Positions 22,752 to 24,000 of a stretch of DNA of 24,000 nt are shown here, one piece after another. A program made the translations under genes and the position numbers. The notes beneath the pieces are model-generated. The model searched no databases, was not told where the DNA came from, and was given only the letters and a program-made list of their open reading frames with translations. Each line of letters starts with the position of its first letter. The first letter of the stretch is position 1. This stretch comes from Actinopolymorpha cephalotaxi (GTDB lineage: Bacteria; Actinomycetota; Actinomycetes; Propionibacteriales; Actinopolymorphaceae): assembly GCF_013408535.1 (NCBI RefSeq), contig NZ_JACBZA010000001.1, forward strand, positions 1,548,850 through 1,572,849, read 5' to 3'.

Positions 22752-23026
22752 TCGTTCGCATCCTCGGCGAGGGGCAGCTTCGGGTACCCAACGAGCACCT
22801 CGACGCACTGAACGAGCTCGACGCGCGGCTGGAAGCCGCGGTCAACGCCGGGGACGAGGAAGGTTTCCGGGGAGCGCTGACCGCTCTCCTCGACCAGGTA
22901 CGCACGGTGGGCACGAAGCTGCCGGACGACTCGCTGGAGGAGTCCGACCTGTTCCTCCCGCCGGAGGACGCCACGGTCGACGAGGTGAAGGAGCTTCTGG
23001 GGGAGGAAGGCCTCATCCCCGGATAG
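22748..23026 (+). CDS. pspAA: PspA-associated protein (PspAA family)
   Basis: The GTG start overlaps the pspA stop in a GTGA junction. The 92-aa acidic protein MIVRILGEGQ...LPPEDATVDEVKELLGEEGLIPG matches my memory of PspAA proteins encoded next to actinobacterial pspA genes. Confidence 0.72.
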   Translation: MIVRILGEGQLRVPNEHLDALNELDARLEAAVNAGDEEGFRGALTALLDQVRTVGTKLPDDSLEESDLFLPPEDATVDEVKELLGEEGLIPG

Positions 23027-23070
23027 ATCGGACGGTTTCGCACCGACCCGACCAACAGCAGGTGAGTGAG

Positions 23071-23130
23071 CTCATACGCCACACGCGCGAGCGCCGGGAA
23101 CATTCCGGTGCTCGCGCGTCGTCGTATGAG
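23071..23130 (+). terminator. Long imperfect hairpin between pspAA and htpX (terminator/attenuator or operator candidate)
   Basis: Three stem segments pair: CTCATACG (23071-78) with CGTATGAG (23123-30), ACGCGCGAGC (23083-92) with GCTCGCGCGT (23110-19), and CCGG (23094-97) with CCGG (23105-08). The loop is 7 nt and the total is about 22-25 bp. There is no U-tract. The hairpin ends 10 nt before the htpX SD AAGGAG (23140-23145). Confidence 0.45.
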
Positions 23131-23156
23131 TGACCCTTCAAGGAGCGGTGAAACAC

Positions 23157-24000
23157 ATGGCTCGCACACGATTCCAACCCGACCGGGGCCTCACCTCGCG
23201 GATGGTCCTGGTCATGTTCCTGCTCGGCCTGCTGTACGTCGCGGCTGTCGGCGGGCTCATCGCCGCCGGGCTGAACTTCGCCTGGGTGATCATCATCGCC
23301 GGCGGGTTCCTGCTGGCACAGTGGTTCTTCTCCGACAAGATCGCGCTGGCCGCGATGGGCGCCCGCGAAGTCTCACCGGACGAGGCGCCCGAGCTGCACG
23401 CGGTGATCGACCGGCTGTGCGCGCTCGCCGACATGCCCAAGCCGCGGGTGGCCATAGCGGACACCGACATGCCGAACGCCTTCGCCACCGGCCGCAACCC
23501 GAACAAGGCCGTGTTGTGTGTCACCACGGGCATCATGCGCCGACTGACCCGGACCGAGCTGGAGGGAGTGCTCGCCCACGAGCTGTCCCACGTCGCCCAC
23601 CGCGACGTCGCGGTGATGACCATCGCGTCGTTCCTCGGTGTGCTCGCCGGTCTGGTCGCCCGGTTCGGGATGTACTCCGGCATGGGCCGCGGCAGCAGGG
23701 ACAACAACGCCGCGATGGTGTTCGCGGTGGTCTGGCTGACCAGCATCGCGGTCTACGTGATCAGCTTCCTGCTCACCCGGGCGCTGTCCCGCTACCGCGA
23801 GTTCGCCGCCGACCGGGCCGGTGCCTACCTCACCGGCAACCCCTCCGAGCTGGCTTCCGCCCTCACCAAGATCTCCGGCGACATCGCCCAGATCCCGACC
23901 CGGGACCTGCGCAGGTCGCAGCCGGCCCAGGCGTTCTTCTTCGCCCCGGCCGCGGTCGGCAAGTCGCTGGGCAAGCTGCTGTCCACCCACCCGACGACCG
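23157..24000 (+). CDS. htpX: Zinc metalloprotease HtpX (peptidase M48), 3'-partial at window end
   Basis: This gene is absent from the ORF track because there is no stop inside the window. My own translation from ATG 23157 reads MARTRFQPDRGLTSRMVLVMFLLGLLYV...NAFATGRNPNKAVLCVTTGIMRRLTRTELEGVLAHELSHVAHRDV...REFAADRAGA...LLSTHPTT. It is open to position 24000 and has the HELSH motif, TM helices and a C-terminal THP. The two minus-strand track ORFs here (23138-23746 and 23373-23990) are antisense artefacts. Confidence 0.92.
   Translation, partial: MARTRFQPDRGLTSRMVLVMFLLGLLYVAAVGGLIAAGLNFAWVIIIAGGFLLAQWFFSDKIALAAMGAREVSPDEAPELHAVIDRLCALADMPKPRVAIADTDMPNAFATGRNPNKAVLCVTTGIMRRLTRTELEGVLAHELSHVAHRDVAVMTIASFLGVLAGLVARFGMYSGMGRGSRDNNAAMVFAVVWLTSIAVYVISFLLTRALSRYREFAADRAGAYLTGNPSELASALTKISGDIAQIPTRDLRRSQPAQAFFFAPAAVGKSLGKLLSTHPTT

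Overview
High-GC actinobacterial chromosomal segment (GC judged by eye). I saw no rRNA, tRNA, CRISPR array, transposase or integrase. The backbone is the conserved lipoate / 2-oxoacid-dehydrogenase / glycine-cleavage neighbourhood: lipA, lipB, a TIGR01777-type epimerase-like gene, sucB/dlaT (E2), lpd (E3), pepA, gcvT and a DUF3043 gene. From memory this matches the order of M. tuberculosis Rv2206-Rv2218. Several blocks are wedged into that backbone. (1) A yjjX-type NTPase lies between lipA and lipB. (2) Two tandem paralogous membrane-spanning Hanks-kinase-like genes have degenerate catalytic motifs and are separated by a phased 10-bp repeat array. (3) A membrane-anchored HExxH gluzincin sits next to an XRE regulator and a ClpP-fold protein that lacks the whole Ser-His-Asp triad. 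(4) A tightly coupled four-gene ECF-type transporter operon is preceded, by my reading, by a cobalamin riboswitch on the minus strand (20304-20486), which an ORF track cannot show. (5) A pspA-pspAA-htpX envelope-stress cluster ends the window; htpX runs off the end and is missing from the ORF track. Many long ORFs in the track are antisense or 5'-over-extended high-GC artefacts. I reset several starts using SD sequences, GTGA stop/start overlaps and family-typical N-termini. All folding, motif matching and homology calls are by eye and from memory; nothing was computed.
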